Positions 1 to 9,024 of a stretch of 64,000 nt of DNA are shown piece by piece. This DNA comes from an uncultured Rhodospirillales bacterium (GTDB lineage: Bacteria > Pseudomonadota > Alphaproteobacteria > Rhodospirillales > UBA2165). The stretch is taken from positions 8,868 through 72,867 of the forward strand of contig CAJQSN010000010.1 of the NCBI GenBank assembly GCA_905614355.1, written 5' to 3'. The notes below the pieces were generated by a model. That model was given only the letters and a program-made list of their open reading frames with translations, made no database searches and had not been told where the DNA came from. A program made the position numbers and the translations under genes. Every line of letters starts with the position of its first letter. Within the stretch, counting starts at the first letter, position 1.

Positions 1-1425
1 AACAGAAACTTTAACGGCTTCGACACCGCGACCAATCCAACCGTTTTTCCGACCAAGTTGAACGTTCAACGCGCCATATATGAAGATCTTTTCGGTCTAG
101 ATAAAGATGGCAAGCTCATCCCAAAGCTTGGAACATCGCTGAAAATCTCATCTGACCAAAAGACCTTCACAGTGACTTTGCGAAAGGGCGTTAAGTTTTC
201 TAATGACGAGCCGTTTACCGCTCGGGCGTTCGCCGATCACTTCAAGCGCGCGATGAAGGCGACCATGGTCAATTTCATCAAAGGCCAGATCGGGCCGGTC
301 CAAGATGTTGTGGCGATTGATGATCATACGGTTGAATTTCGGATGTCGCGTCCGCATGCGGGCTTTAAGGCCGCTATTACCGGACCGTTTCAGTTTTTCT
401 GGGTCAATGCGCCAGAGCATGCCAAAAGCATGGGGCCGTTTGTGGCAAAACTGCCGGTTGGTACGGGTCCATATATGCTGGATGGTTGGGACCAAGGGGT
501 CAAACTGACACTGGTACGTAATCCCAACTACCGCTATCCGGAAAAGCAGTATCTTGATAAAATCGTCATGCCATTGATTGGACGCGAAGAGGCGCGACTC
601 AATGCGCTGAAAGCCGGCAATCTTGATCTCTACATTACAAACTCAGGTAAAATAGCAAAGCTCGCCGAGAAAGACCCAAGTATCGACGTTTTTGGTCAGA
701 TTGATCAAGGCTCCGGCATCGTCGCTTTTGATATCTCTAAACCGCCCTTAAACGATATCCGTGTCCGCAAGGCCTTGGCCCATGCGGTCGACCGAAAAGT
801 CGAGGTGCAGGCTGCCCTCGGCGGCGTTGGCGGCATTTTGGCGACAGATTGGTTTGGCCCTAAATCCAAATGGTATTGCGGCGGCAAAACCAACTACCCC
901 GAATACAATCCTAAAAAGGCAAAAGCGCTGCTGAAAGATTACGGCAAGCCGGTGAAGTTCAAACTTGCCGTGTTGACGTTTCCCGTCTTCCTTACAGGCG
1001 CGCAAGTCTATCAGTCGTTTTGGAAACGCGCGGGCATCAACGTTGAAATCGATCCCCGCCCGCCAGGACCTTCATGGGTCCTACCCTTATTGCGCGGTGG
1101 TTTTCAGTCGTTCTTCTTAGGCATCGGAGGTGCGCTCGATCCTGGCTTTCAGGCGCAGAACCTGCATTCCAAAAGCGGCGGTAATTTCTTTAAGTTCGGC
1201 CATCCTGAAGTCGATAAAGCGCTTGAAGCGACTTATCCAGCGTTCAAAGATGAGGCTAAACGCAAAGCAGCTTTCTGCCATTACGTGACAACCGTGATCA
1301 AGCATCAGCCGTTTTTGCTACGGTATCACAATACTTTTTATTCGGTCTCCAAAAAATATGTGAAAGGTCCGAAAATGCCGGTCTTTAAAATGAGCAATCT
1401 CCAGGAAATGTGGCTCGACAAATGA
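1..1425 (+). CDS. ABC transporter substrate-binding protein, family 5 (peptide/nickel/opine type), 5' end cut by window edge
   Basis: Frame 1 is open from nt 1, so the track start at 58 is an internal TTG. Clear paralogue of the complete gene at 3024-4550 (shared YEDLF, PVGTGPYML, LNDxRVRKALAHAVxR, KWxCGGKTxYPExNPxKAK). Confidence 0.8.
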   Translation, partial: NRNFNGFDTATNPTVFPTKLNVQRAIYEDLFGLDKDGKLIPKLGTSLKISSDQKTFTVTLRKGVKFSNDEPFTARAFADHFKRAMKATMVNFIKGQIGPVQDVVAIDDHTVEFRMSRPHAGFKAAITGPFQFFWVNAPEHAKSMGPFVAKLPVGTGPYMLDGWDQGVKLTLVRNPNYRYPEKQYLDKIVMPLIGREEARLNALKAGNLDLYITNSGKIAKLAEKDPSIDVFGQIDQGSGIVAFDISKPPLNDIRVRKALAHAVDRKVEVQAALGGVGGILATDWFGPKSKWYCGGKTNYPEYNPKKAKALLKDYGKPVKFKLAVLTFPVFLTGAQVYQSFWKRAGINVEIDPRPPGPSWVLPLLRGGFQSFFLGIGGALDPGFQAQNLHSKSGGNFFKFGHPEVDKALEATYPAFKDEAKRKAAFCHYVTTVIKHQPFLLRYHNTFYSVSKKYVKGPKMPVFKMSNLQEMWLDK

Positions 1426-2426
1426 AGCCTCTCATAGAACTCCCCTTTCTCTCTCACGGTCATGCGACGCTGAAAGATGTCGAGGAATCTGTGCGCTTCT
1501 ATCGCGATTTTTTTGGCTTGGATGTCGTCAAAACCAGCCCGCGCACGTTGGTTGCGCGGCTCGGCAGTAACACCGCAATCGTGGGCGTTACTCTTGGTGA
1601 AAAAGGCTTGGCGAAAGCTGATCGCCCGTGGCTCGAAAATTCACATTTCGGTTTTGATTTTGAGACAGCCGATGACGTCAAAGAGGCTCGCGAGTTATCC
1701 TTAGAACACCGAGAAAATTTTAACATTCAAAATGTTGGAGAATTGGTCGAAGATGAGGAAGGTTTTTCGTTCATGCTTTTCGATCAAGATGGAAACTACT
1801 GGCAAATGCTGGAAAATCAGGCAGGCGGGTATTCACGCTATTTCAAAAAGGACTGTGACACCCTTCACGCTCTTGCGTCTTTTTCAGATTCAGAGGGTGA
1901 CAATCGGGCGTCCGTTCTCAAGCCACATCTAATGTCGCATATGACTTGCGAAGTGATTGATATGGATAAATCTCAGGCCTTCTATGAAGAGATGTTCGGT
2001 CTCGAATGTGTCCGGCTCGACCCCAAACGTATGCTCGGCCGTCTAAATAGTGTCGCTATCATCGATTTTATTGAAACAGATACGGAAATTCGTGATCACA
2101 AAATGCACAATCATATTGGTTTTGATGTTGCCGGTCCTGAGATTGTTGATACGGCACGCGAAATCATTATCGATAATCAAGAAAGATTTGACTTTGAAGT
2201 CATCCACAAAACCAGTGGCAGCCACGGCAGCTATGGCTTCACATTTTCCGATCTTGATAACAATGCCTGGCAGATCGAAGACTACCCTCGCGGCGGCTAT
2301 TATTGGATGTTTGAACAGGGCGGGGATTTAGAAAATAAGTTTCAACCGAATGTCAGTGGTGTAGATGACTGGCACGAGTTGATTGACCCTGAGACTTATG
2401 AATATATCGGAGAGGCGAATAGCTGA
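1422..2426 (+). CDS. VOC (glyoxalase/bleomycin-resistance/extradiol dioxygenase) superfamily protein, tandem modules
   Basis: Two repeated VOC-like N-terminal strands (LKDVEESVRFYRDFFGLDVV; VIDMDKSQAFYEEMFGLECV). The ATG at 1422 overlaps the upstream stop as ATGA; the track's GTG at 1410 is an alternative start. Confidence 0.6.
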   Translation: MKPLIELPFLSHGHATLKDVEESVRFYRDFFGLDVVKTSPRTLVARLGSNTAIVGVTLGEKGLAKADRPWLENSHFGFDFETADDVKEARELSLEHRENFNIQNVGELVEDEEGFSFMLFDQDGNYWQMLENQAGGYSRYFKKDCDTLHALASFSDSEGDNRASVLKPHLMSHMTCEVIDMDKSQAFYEEMFGLECVRLDPKRMLGRLNSVAIIDFIETDTEIRDHKMHNHIGFDVAGPEIVDTAREIIIDNQERFDFEVIHKTSGSHGSYGFTFSDLDNNAWQIEDYPRGGYYWMFEQGGDLENKFQPNVSGVDDWHELIDPETYEYIGEANS

Positions 2427-2986
2427 TGAGAAAATTATCCCTAGTGCTGGCGATTGTGGCTGCTTTGGTGATAGGGCTCCTTGCGCCTGGATCATTTGCC
2501 GACGCGTTAACGCCGCATCAAATCATGATCCACTTCCAGGTCAAAATGGAGAAAGGATTCACCAGGCAAGACCTTGCCGGCTTTAGCAATATCGCTCAGC
2601 GATTGGATTTGGACGGTAATGGGCAACTGAATCTCGATGAATATGCCAAGAACACTCATTTCCACGGCAACTCTAGAGGTACTCAGGGATTTTTCGGCGC
2701 TGCCGATATGAACGGAGACGGTCAAATGTCGTTAAATGAATACGCTTGGCAACGGATTATCACGGACGAAGCACGCAAGATCTATTCAGCTATGGATTTA
2801 GATCACGATCGCCATGTGTCGCAAAAAGAGTTTCTTCAAAACAAAATTATCCGTTCCAAATCAATCGCCGAACAAATATTCAAGAAGTTCGATACCGATG
2901 GGAATGCTGAACTCAGTTTGCCTGAGTATCTCCGAAAATGGAGCAGATGGGCGCGAAGCGGACGAAAATTTGGTTCTTTGTATTAG
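2426..2986 (+). CDS. secreted EF-hand calcium-binding protein (4 loops)
   Basis: Signal-peptide-like N-terminus (MRKLSLVLAIVAALVIGLLAPGSFADA). Four canonical 12-residue EF loops: DLDGNGQLNLDE, DMNGDGQMSLNE, DLDHDRHVSQKE, DTDGNAELSLPE. Confidence 0.75.
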   Translation: MRKLSLVLAIVAALVIGLLAPGSFADALTPHQIMIHFQVKMEKGFTRQDLAGFSNIAQRLDLDGNGQLNLDEYAKNTHFHGNSRGTQGFFGAADMNGDGQMSLNEYAWQRIITDEARKIYSAMDLDHDRHVSQKEFLQNKIIRSKSIAEQIFKKFDTDGNAELSLPEYLRKWSRWARSGRKFGSLY

Positions 2987-3023
2987 AAAAAAACATTTGT
3001 CACACTTGATAGGGAGAGAACGT

Positions 3024-4550
3024 ATGAAAGAATATTTTAAACTCGCAATTTTTGGAGCAGCTAGCGCATTGCTCGCCTCCAATCCATCCGCCGCACAAAC
3101 TAAAGGCGGCACGTTAACAGTTGGCATGGATCGTCCGATGACGGGTTTTGATTCTTCGATGAACCCAAGGCCGGAATATAACAGGCGCAATGCCATGCTG
3201 CCGGTCTATGAAGATTTATTCAGCAGCGGCCGGGACGGTAAACCAATGCCGGTATTGGGTGCCTCCGTGGCAAGCTCACCGGATCAAAAGACTTGGACGG
3301 TTACCTTGAAAAAGGGCATAAAATTTTCTAACGGCGAGCCGTTAAATGCGGCGGCCTATGTTGCTCATTTTAAGCACTATCAATTGAGTAAGGCTTGGGG
3401 TTTCCTACGCGGCATGGTTGGTCCGATCAAAACCGTTATTGCGAAGGGTAGCCATACTGTCGAATTTCAGATGTTGCGCCCATTTCCGGCATTTGCGGCC
3501 ATTCTCTCTAATCCGGTTTATCCCATGTGGGCCAACGCGCCGCAGCATTCGGCGAAAGTTGGTAAAGAACTGAACCGCCAGCCCGTCGGCACAGGTCCGT
3601 ACATGTTGTCCAATTGGACGCCGGGCGTTTCTATTACATATGTTAAAAATCCGCATTACCGCAATCCTGGCAAACAGCATCTCGACAAGATCGTCTTTAA
3701 AGTGATCAAAGGAGAATTGCCGCGCCTGAACTCGGTTAAAAGTGGCGCCGTAGATGTCATGCTGACACGTGATGGTAAGACAACTAATCAGGCCAAACAG
3801 GACCCCAATCTCCAGGTCTTGACCGAATTGGTTGGCGGCACGACCACCATCGAGTTTAACACCAGCCGACCGCCGCTCAATGATGTGCGTGTGCGCAAAG
3901 CACTGGCGCATGCGGTCAATCGCCGCGCTGATCTCAAAGCCTCCAATGATGGCTTCGGCCTTCCATCAACCGATTGGTTTGGTCCCGGCTCCAAATGGCA
4001 TTGCGGCGGCAAGACCGACTATCCCGAATTTAACCCGAGAAAAGCCAAGGGCCTCTTGATGGCCTATGGTAAGCCGGTGAAATTCAAAATGGTCACTATG
4101 CCGATTAAAAATTTCATCGTCGGTGCCAAGCTTCACCAAACATTTTGGAAGCGCATGGGAGTTGAAGTTGAGCTTAAAGTCGTGCCACCGGGACCGGCCT
4201 ATTTCCGCGCAATACGATCCGGTCGATTTGATGCCTGGATGGTCGGCATTTCTGAAGCGGTCGATCCGGGTCTTCAAGGCCAAGCGTTTTTCTCCAAAAA
4301 TCGAGGTAACAGCACCAAATCCAACTTCCCCGAGGTTGATGCAGCTTTGCAAAAGGCATGGCGCAGCTTTAAAGACGAAGCGAGCCGAAAAGCAGCCTAT
4401 TGCGGCTATGTCAGTGCGGTCGTCAAGCAGCAGCCGATCTTGTTCCGGGCGCATAACAATTTTGCGATTATTGCCGGCAAAAAAGTGAGGGGCTTAAAAA
4501 AATCCAACCTAACGATGACACGCTTGCAAGATGCGTGGTTGGCTAAGTAG
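3024..4550 (+). CDS. ABC transporter substrate-binding protein, family 5 (peptide/nickel/opine type)
   Basis: The track ORF starts at 2814 but overlaps the EF-hand gene. The ATG at 3024 follows AGGGAGAG and gives a signal peptide (MKEYFKLAIFGAASALLASNPSAAQ). Family-5 SBP motifs as in 1-1425. Confidence 0.85.
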   Translation: MKEYFKLAIFGAASALLASNPSAAQTKGGTLTVGMDRPMTGFDSSMNPRPEYNRRNAMLPVYEDLFSSGRDGKPMPVLGASVASSPDQKTWTVTLKKGIKFSNGEPLNAAAYVAHFKHYQLSKAWGFLRGMVGPIKTVIAKGSHTVEFQMLRPFPAFAAILSNPVYPMWANAPQHSAKVGKELNRQPVGTGPYMLSNWTPGVSITYVKNPHYRNPGKQHLDKIVFKVIKGELPRLNSVKSGAVDVMLTRDGKTTNQAKQDPNLQVLTELVGGTTTIEFNTSRPPLNDVRVRKALAHAVNRRADLKASNDGFGLPSTDWFGPGSKWHCGGKTDYPEFNPRKAKGLLMAYGKPVKFKMVTMPIKNFIVGAKLHQTFWKRMGVEVELKVVPPGPAYFRAIRSGRFDAWMVGISEAVDPGLQGQAFFSKNRGNSTKSNFPEVDAALQKAWRSFKDEASRKAAYCGYVSAVVKQQPILFRAHNNFAIIAGKKVRGLKKSNLTMTRLQDAWLAK

Positions 4551-4567
4551 GGCTAAAAGCGCATCAG

Positions 4568-5524
4568 ATGTATATTTATATTCGCCGCAAACTTATACAT
4601 CTAATCCCGATTACCTTCGCGGTAACAGCGCTGAGTTTCTTCTTCATTGACTTGTTGCCAGGAGATGTTGCCGATGCCATCGCTGGCGTTGGCACAGACA
4701 ATGCTGTCGTTGATGATAAGGCTGTCCAGGCAATCCGGGAAGATCTCGGTCTGGATCGCCCCATTGTCATTCGATATTTCTCCTGGCTTGGAAACGCTTT
4801 TCAGGGTGAGCTTGGCAAATCCTACCAGACTGGTCAATTGGTCTCGGACGCCATTGGTCTTAGATTGCCCGTCACTCTCCAACTTCTGCTTATGGCCCAA
4901 TTCTTGGCAGTCTTATTCGCCATTCCCGCCGGCATTTTGGCAGCCTATCGAGCCGGCAAGGTGACGGATAGGTTTGTGACAACGTTGACGTTTGCCTTTC
5001 TCGCAGCACCGAGTTTTATCATTGCGATAGTTTTGGCATTTCTTTTTGCCGTCATTCTCAATTGGTTTCCCGCAACCGGATACGTACCATTCTCAGAAAA
5101 CTCGATTGAAAACCTTCGATCCTTCACTTTGCCTGCTCTGGCATTAGCGTTGATCGAGTGGCCGATCCTCAGTCGTGTCTTGCGCAATGATCTGATTGAA
5201 ACGTTGCAAGAAAATTTCATTTCGCTGGCAAAAGCCAAGGGCCTGAGTGATATCTACATACTTCTGCGGCATGCTTTGAGACCATCTTCCTTTACGTTGA
5301 TCACCATTGTCGGCATTCAGCTTGGCAATCTCATCAGCGGGGCCGTGATCGTCGAAAGCATCTTTGCTCTACCGGGTATTGGCACGCTTCTCGTGTCTTC
5401 AATCCACGCCCGTGAGATTTTGATGGTACAGGGGATTATTGCTGTCCTGGCGGTCGCTTACGTGACGATCAATCTAGCTGTCGATATTCTTTACGGGGCG
5501 CTTGATCCGAGGATACGGCAATGA
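4568..5524 (+). CDS. ABC transporter permease (DppB/OppB type)
   Basis: Multi-TM BPD-type permease with the family-typical N-terminus (YIxRKLIHLIPITFAVTALSFFFIDLLPGD) and C-terminus (YGALDPRIRQ). 4-nt overlap with the next gene. Confidence 0.85.
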   Translation: MYIYIRRKLIHLIPITFAVTALSFFFIDLLPGDVADAIAGVGTDNAVVDDKAVQAIREDLGLDRPIVIRYFSWLGNAFQGELGKSYQTGQLVSDAIGLRLPVTLQLLLMAQFLAVLFAIPAGILAAYRAGKVTDRFVTTLTFAFLAAPSFIIAIVLAFLFAVILNWFPATGYVPFSENSIENLRSFTLPALALALIEWPILSRVLRNDLIETLQENFISLAKAKGLSDIYILLRHALRPSSFTLITIVGIQLGNLISGAVIVESIFALPGIGTLLVSSIHAREILMVQGIIAVLAVAYVTINLAVDILYGALDPRIRQ

Positions 5525-6381
5525 CGATGGTTCCAGCGCAACCTGCACCCACTATTGCCTCGCGGGAGAGTTTAAATTTCGCATTTTGGCTCCCTGTATT
5601 CTGGATGGGAATATTGCTTTTCACGGTTGCGTTTGCGGACGCCCTTCCCTTTGTAAGAGATCCAACCGAAAGTGATTTCACGGCCCTTAAGGCGCGGCCA
5701 AGTCTGGAATTTTGGTTGGGAACAGATGTGCTGGGCCGGGATATTTTTGCTCGCGTTATTCATGGCGCGCGCATTTCCCTAACCGTCGGCTTTTTCGCGC
5801 CTGTTTTCGGCATGATCATTGGCCTCTTTTTCGGTATGATCGCTGGCTATTTTCGAGGCAAGTTTGAATCTGTCATCGTTGGTATCGTTGACGTTATTTT
5901 GGCCTTCCCCAATATTGTCCTCGCCATGTGCATTTTATTTTTTGCCGGTGCGACGATGATCAATCTAATTATTGTACTTTCGGTGACATCGATCCCCGCC
6001 AACACACGCATCGCCCGGGTCTCCACTTTGGTCTATGCAGAGCGTGAGTTCGTGCTTGCGGCACGCTCACAAGGGGCATCTGATTTCCGAATTTTATGGA
6101 TTGAGTTATTGCCGAATATCGTGTTGCCGCAATTAGCTTATATTCTATCCTTTATGTCGATTGTCATCATGATTGAAGGATCGCTCGCCTTTTTGGGTGT
6201 CGGAATTCCACCGCCGACGCCGACTTTGGGCAGCATGATTGCGCAGGGCTTCCCCGATATAAACACAGACCCACATATAACATTTTTGCCAGCACTGTTC
6301 TTATTTCTGACGGTGCTGTCGCTTAATTTGATTGGAGATCATCTCCGTAATAAAGTTACCGTTCGCCAGAGCGCTCTCTAA
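5521..6381 (+). CDS. ABC transporter permease (DppC/OppC type)
   Basis: WLGTDxLGRDIFARVIHGARISL motif typical of DppC/OppC permeases; multi-TM. Confidence 0.85.
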   Translation: MTMVPAQPAPTIASRESLNFAFWLPVFWMGILLFTVAFADALPFVRDPTESDFTALKARPSLEFWLGTDVLGRDIFARVIHGARISLTVGFFAPVFGMIIGLFFGMIAGYFRGKFESVIVGIVDVILAFPNIVLAMCILFFAGATMINLIIVLSVTSIPANTRIARVSTLVYAEREFVLAARSQGASDFRILWIELLPNIVLPQLAYILSFMSIVIMIEGSLAFLGVGIPPPTPTLGSMIAQGFPDINTDPHITFLPALFLFLTVLSLNLIGDHLRNKVTVRQSAL

Positions 6382-6398
6382 AATTAAAAGGAAAAACC

Positions 6399-6818
6399 AT
6401 GGACGCCGTAGAAAAATTAATTGTCAAAGATGAATGCCGAGCCCTGTCGCTCAGCTATGGAAGATACCAGGATGAGCGGCGCTATGAAAGCTTGCCGGAA
6501 TTAATGACGCCGGATGCCACCTATACCCGTCTCGGCGAAGAATTATCGATCGCTGATTTCATTACCTGGGTTGGCACCATGCCACCCAATAAAACACGTC
6601 ATTTTGTCACTGATATCGATTTTAGGGAGGTGACGGAGAGTTCAGCGAAAGGGATTTCCTATTATACGCTCTATCTTTATGGCGGAGAAGATGAGACGCC
6701 CTATCCGCTAGAGGGGCCGTTCGTTGTTGGCGAATATCACGAAGAGTTCGCCAAAACCGCTGCTGGGTGGAAAATTAAATCCCGTGCAGCCCACATCATT
6801 TTCCGCAAGCCACAATAG
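6399..6818 (+). CDS. SnoaL-like / NTF2-fold protein
   Basis: 139-aa soluble protein. Size and pattern (cone-shaped alpha+beta fold signature, C-terminal WKIKSR strand) resemble SnoaL/NTF2-like proteins. An AAAGGAAAAACC RBS precedes the ATG. Confidence 0.45.
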   Translation: MDAVEKLIVKDECRALSLSYGRYQDERRYESLPELMTPDATYTRLGEELSIADFITWVGTMPPNKTRHFVTDIDFREVTESSAKGISYYTLYLYGGEDETPYPLEGPFVVGEYHEEFAKTAAGWKIKSRAAHIIFRKPQ

Positions 6819-6827
6819 GGGGGCGTA

Positions 6828-7769
6828 ATGAGTATCTCGTTTAATGTTCAGGGAATAGATGCCGTTACCTTTGGCGTTACAAGCCGCACCACGGCAGCGA
6901 AGTTTCTTGATCACTGGGGTTTGAAGAGGTTAAAATCCGGCAAATATGGTGCTAATTATATTTGTGCTGATGGCACCGAAGTAAATTTCCGTGATCACAA
7001 AAGCAAGACCTTGCCAAAAGCCATTCAGTCAGGATCCACCGTCCGCGAAGTAATTTGGGGAGTTGAGAAAAAAAGTGAGCTGAAAGCCATTGCCGAGGAG
7101 TTTTTAAAAGACCGTCCCGTCAAAGTCTTAAAAGATGGCACTCTTCGCTTGGTCGATGATATGGGACTAGGCATCGGTTTTCGCGTGTCGCAGCGCAAAG
7201 AGTTAAAACCTAAACCTTTGACGTATAACAGACCAGGCGATGATGTCCGAATTGATACGCCGGCAACATTTTACGAGCGCGCCGAGCCGCAAACCATCAG
7301 CCACATCGTTTTTGGGGTGCCGGACTATCGGATTATAGAAAAGTTTTACGGCCGTATCGGATTTCTCGCGACAGACCGCTATCCGGGCCGAGGCGTTTTT
7401 CTGCGGGCTGCTAAGCGGGGTAATCACCATAATCTGTTTGCTATGAATATTGATGCAAAGAAGCCGGTGTTTAATCATCTCGCTTTTAAAGTACGTGATA
7501 TCCATGAGGTCATCGGCGGCGGCCAGTTTCTCAACAAGCAGGGCTGGAAAACCGCTGTCGGTCCAGGCCGGCATTATATTTCCTCGGCCTGCTTTTGGTA
7601 CGTACAAAGTCCGTTTGGTGGCGCTTTGGAATACTGCGCGGATGAAGATATTATGACAGAGAAATGGAAAACTCGAGAATTCGAAGTCGGCCCTGGCATA
7701 TTTTCAGAATGGACGTTTAACGCAGATGCTGACTTCAAAGCGCCAACTGCATCTAGTAAAGAGAAATAA
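6828..7769 (+). CDS. VOC-fold protein (extradiol dioxygenase/glyoxalase-like)
   Basis: Two-module ~310-aa protein. The second module (ISHIVFGVPDYRIIEKFYGRIGF ... FNHLAFKVRDIHEV) resembles the metal-binding strands of VOC enzymes. Confidence 0.5.
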   Translation: MSISFNVQGIDAVTFGVTSRTTAAKFLDHWGLKRLKSGKYGANYICADGTEVNFRDHKSKTLPKAIQSGSTVREVIWGVEKKSELKAIAEEFLKDRPVKVLKDGTLRLVDDMGLGIGFRVSQRKELKPKPLTYNRPGDDVRIDTPATFYERAEPQTISHIVFGVPDYRIIEKFYGRIGFLATDRYPGRGVFLRAAKRGNHHNLFAMNIDAKKPVFNHLAFKVRDIHEVIGGGQFLNKQGWKTAVGPGRHYISSACFWYVQSPFGGALEYCADEDIMTEKWKTREFEVGPGIFSEWTFNADADFKAPTASSKEK

Positions 7770-7874
7770 GGAGTTGGAATGGGTGAAGACAAAGTAAAAA
7801 TATTCGACGTTATCATTGAGGCCAAGGGATAAGCCGTCGGCAAAATGCGCAATGAAGTGACGGTAACTTTAGGC

Positions 7875-7988
7875 AATGAAGGCGCGTCTCAGGTTCCATT
7901 GAGGAATGCTAAGTGCCCAGAAACTAGACCAAATTACAGGGAAAAAGACTGAGTAACCCAATGGCAAGGGTACCTGGCGGAGAGGGTG
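7875..7988. repeat. 114-bp direct repeat copy 1 (att-like): last 14 nt of tRNA-Ser plus 100 bp of tRNA-downstream sequence
   Basis: Hand alignment with 27913-28026 at a constant offset of 20038 nt gives 8 mismatches and no indels. It ends with tggcggagagggtg, the reverse complement of the tRNA 3' end CACCCTCTCCGCCA. Confidence 0.8.
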
Positions 7989-8177
7989 TCCTCCAACTAA
8001 CCTAATTTATTTTTATATATTAATGGGTTATAATTAATTATTTACCTTACCCATGTCTGTACCCACGTTAATAATCGTGCTTAAATCAGCGCTCCCTAAG
8101 ATTTCAGTAGATCTAGTAGCTACAATATCCAAAGTAAAATCTAACCAATTGCATCAATTACGCCCGTCTCAATTCTC

Positions 8178-8289
8178 CCTTTAAACTACAAAGAGACGCC
8201 GCTTTTACCGAGTGGCGCCAACTTTGTGCGGCATAATAGAGACACTTTCATCGCATTCAGAGACTAGTTAGCATTCGTCTGACAACACT
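8178..8289 (+). mobile_element. IS6-family right-end remnant (degenerate transposase 3' codons + degenerate IRR)
   Basis: Reads ...NYK..EWRQLCAA* followed by gagactagttagcattcgtctgacaacact. This is the reverse complement of the IRR GGTGCTGTCAGACxAATGCGAACTCGTCTC with 4 mismatches. The left limit is approximate. Confidence 0.6.
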
Positions 8290-8313
8290 AATGTGACAAT
8301 GCCAGACCCGATC

Positions 8314-9024
8314 TTAGCCTGAAACTCCGATCAGGCCTTCGAGCTTGACGGCATCATTGCGTAAGATCTCACTATCACCATCATAGGTGACATGACCCCG
8401 GTCCATGACCACGGTGCGGTCGGAAAAATCAAGTGCGACCCGGGTGTTTTGTTCGACCAGGATCATCGACATGCCGCCGCTGTCCCGTAATCGGGCCATG
8501 ACGCGCATCAATTCTTCAACGATCACTGGCGCGAGGCCCTCTGAAGGCTCATCCATCAAAAGGAACCGAGGATTGGTCATCAGCGCGCGGGCGATGGCTA
8601 ACATTTGTTGTTCGCCTCCAGATAATTGATTACCCATATTGCTGCGCCGTTCGATTAGATTGGGAAACAGCTCGAACAAGGTGTCGGCTGTCCATTCGCC
8701 GGGCCGAGCACCAATGTTTAAATTCTCCTCGACCGTAAGCGAGGGAAATATTTCACGCTCCTGTGGCACATAACCAATACCCATAGTAACCCGCTGGAAT
8801 GACGGCGTCGCCGAGATATCGCTGCCTTCCAACTGGATGCTGCCATCATGCAAAGTGGTGTGGCCCATGATGGTCGCCAGGAGGGTTGATTTGCCGACAC
8901 CGTTGCGGCCAATAACGCTGATGCTTTCGCCGGGGGCTAAAGACAGTGACAGCTCATCGAGTACCATGGTTTCGCCGTAACCGGCGGTGACGTTTTTAAC
9001 TTCGAGGGCTGCTGTATCAGTCAT
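8314..9024 (-). CDS. branched-chain amino acid (HAAT family) ABC transporter ATP-binding protein, LivF type
   Basis: Walker A GRNGVGKST, signature LSGGEQQML, Walker B LLMDEPS. The ATG at 9024 is preceded by GAGGG; the track's GTG at 9036 is an alternative start. Confidence 0.85.
   Translation of the reverse strand: MTDTAALEVKNVTAGYGETMVLDELSLSLAPGESISVIGRNGVGKSTLLATIMGHTTLHDGSIQLEGSDISATPSFQRVTMGIGYVPQEREIFPSLTVEENLNIGARPGEWTADTLFELFPNLIERRSNMGNQLSGGEQQMLAIARALMTNPRFLLMDEPSEGLAPVIVEELMRVMARLRDSGGMSMILVEQNTRVALDFSDRTVVMDRGHVTYDGDSEILRNDAVKLEGLIGVSG

Noticed and set aside
2814-3023. N-terminal 70 codons of the 578-aa track ORF for the second binding protein
   Set aside because: This stretch overlaps the EF-hand gene in another frame. 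A start at 3024 has a ribosome-binding site and yields a proper signal peptide.
7779-7832. 17-codon ORF (MGEDKVKIFDVIIEAKG) with a strong AAGGAG site just after the last VOC gene and before repeat copy 1
   Set aside because: It could be the stump of a gene truncated at the island boundary. It is too short to assign, and nothing recognisable continues in any frame.
8030-8045. Short similarity (attaattatt) between DNA just inside repeat copy 1 and DNA just upstream of the tRNA (28110-28125)
   Set aside because: It is a 10-nt AT-only match in AT-rich DNA, which is expected by chance.
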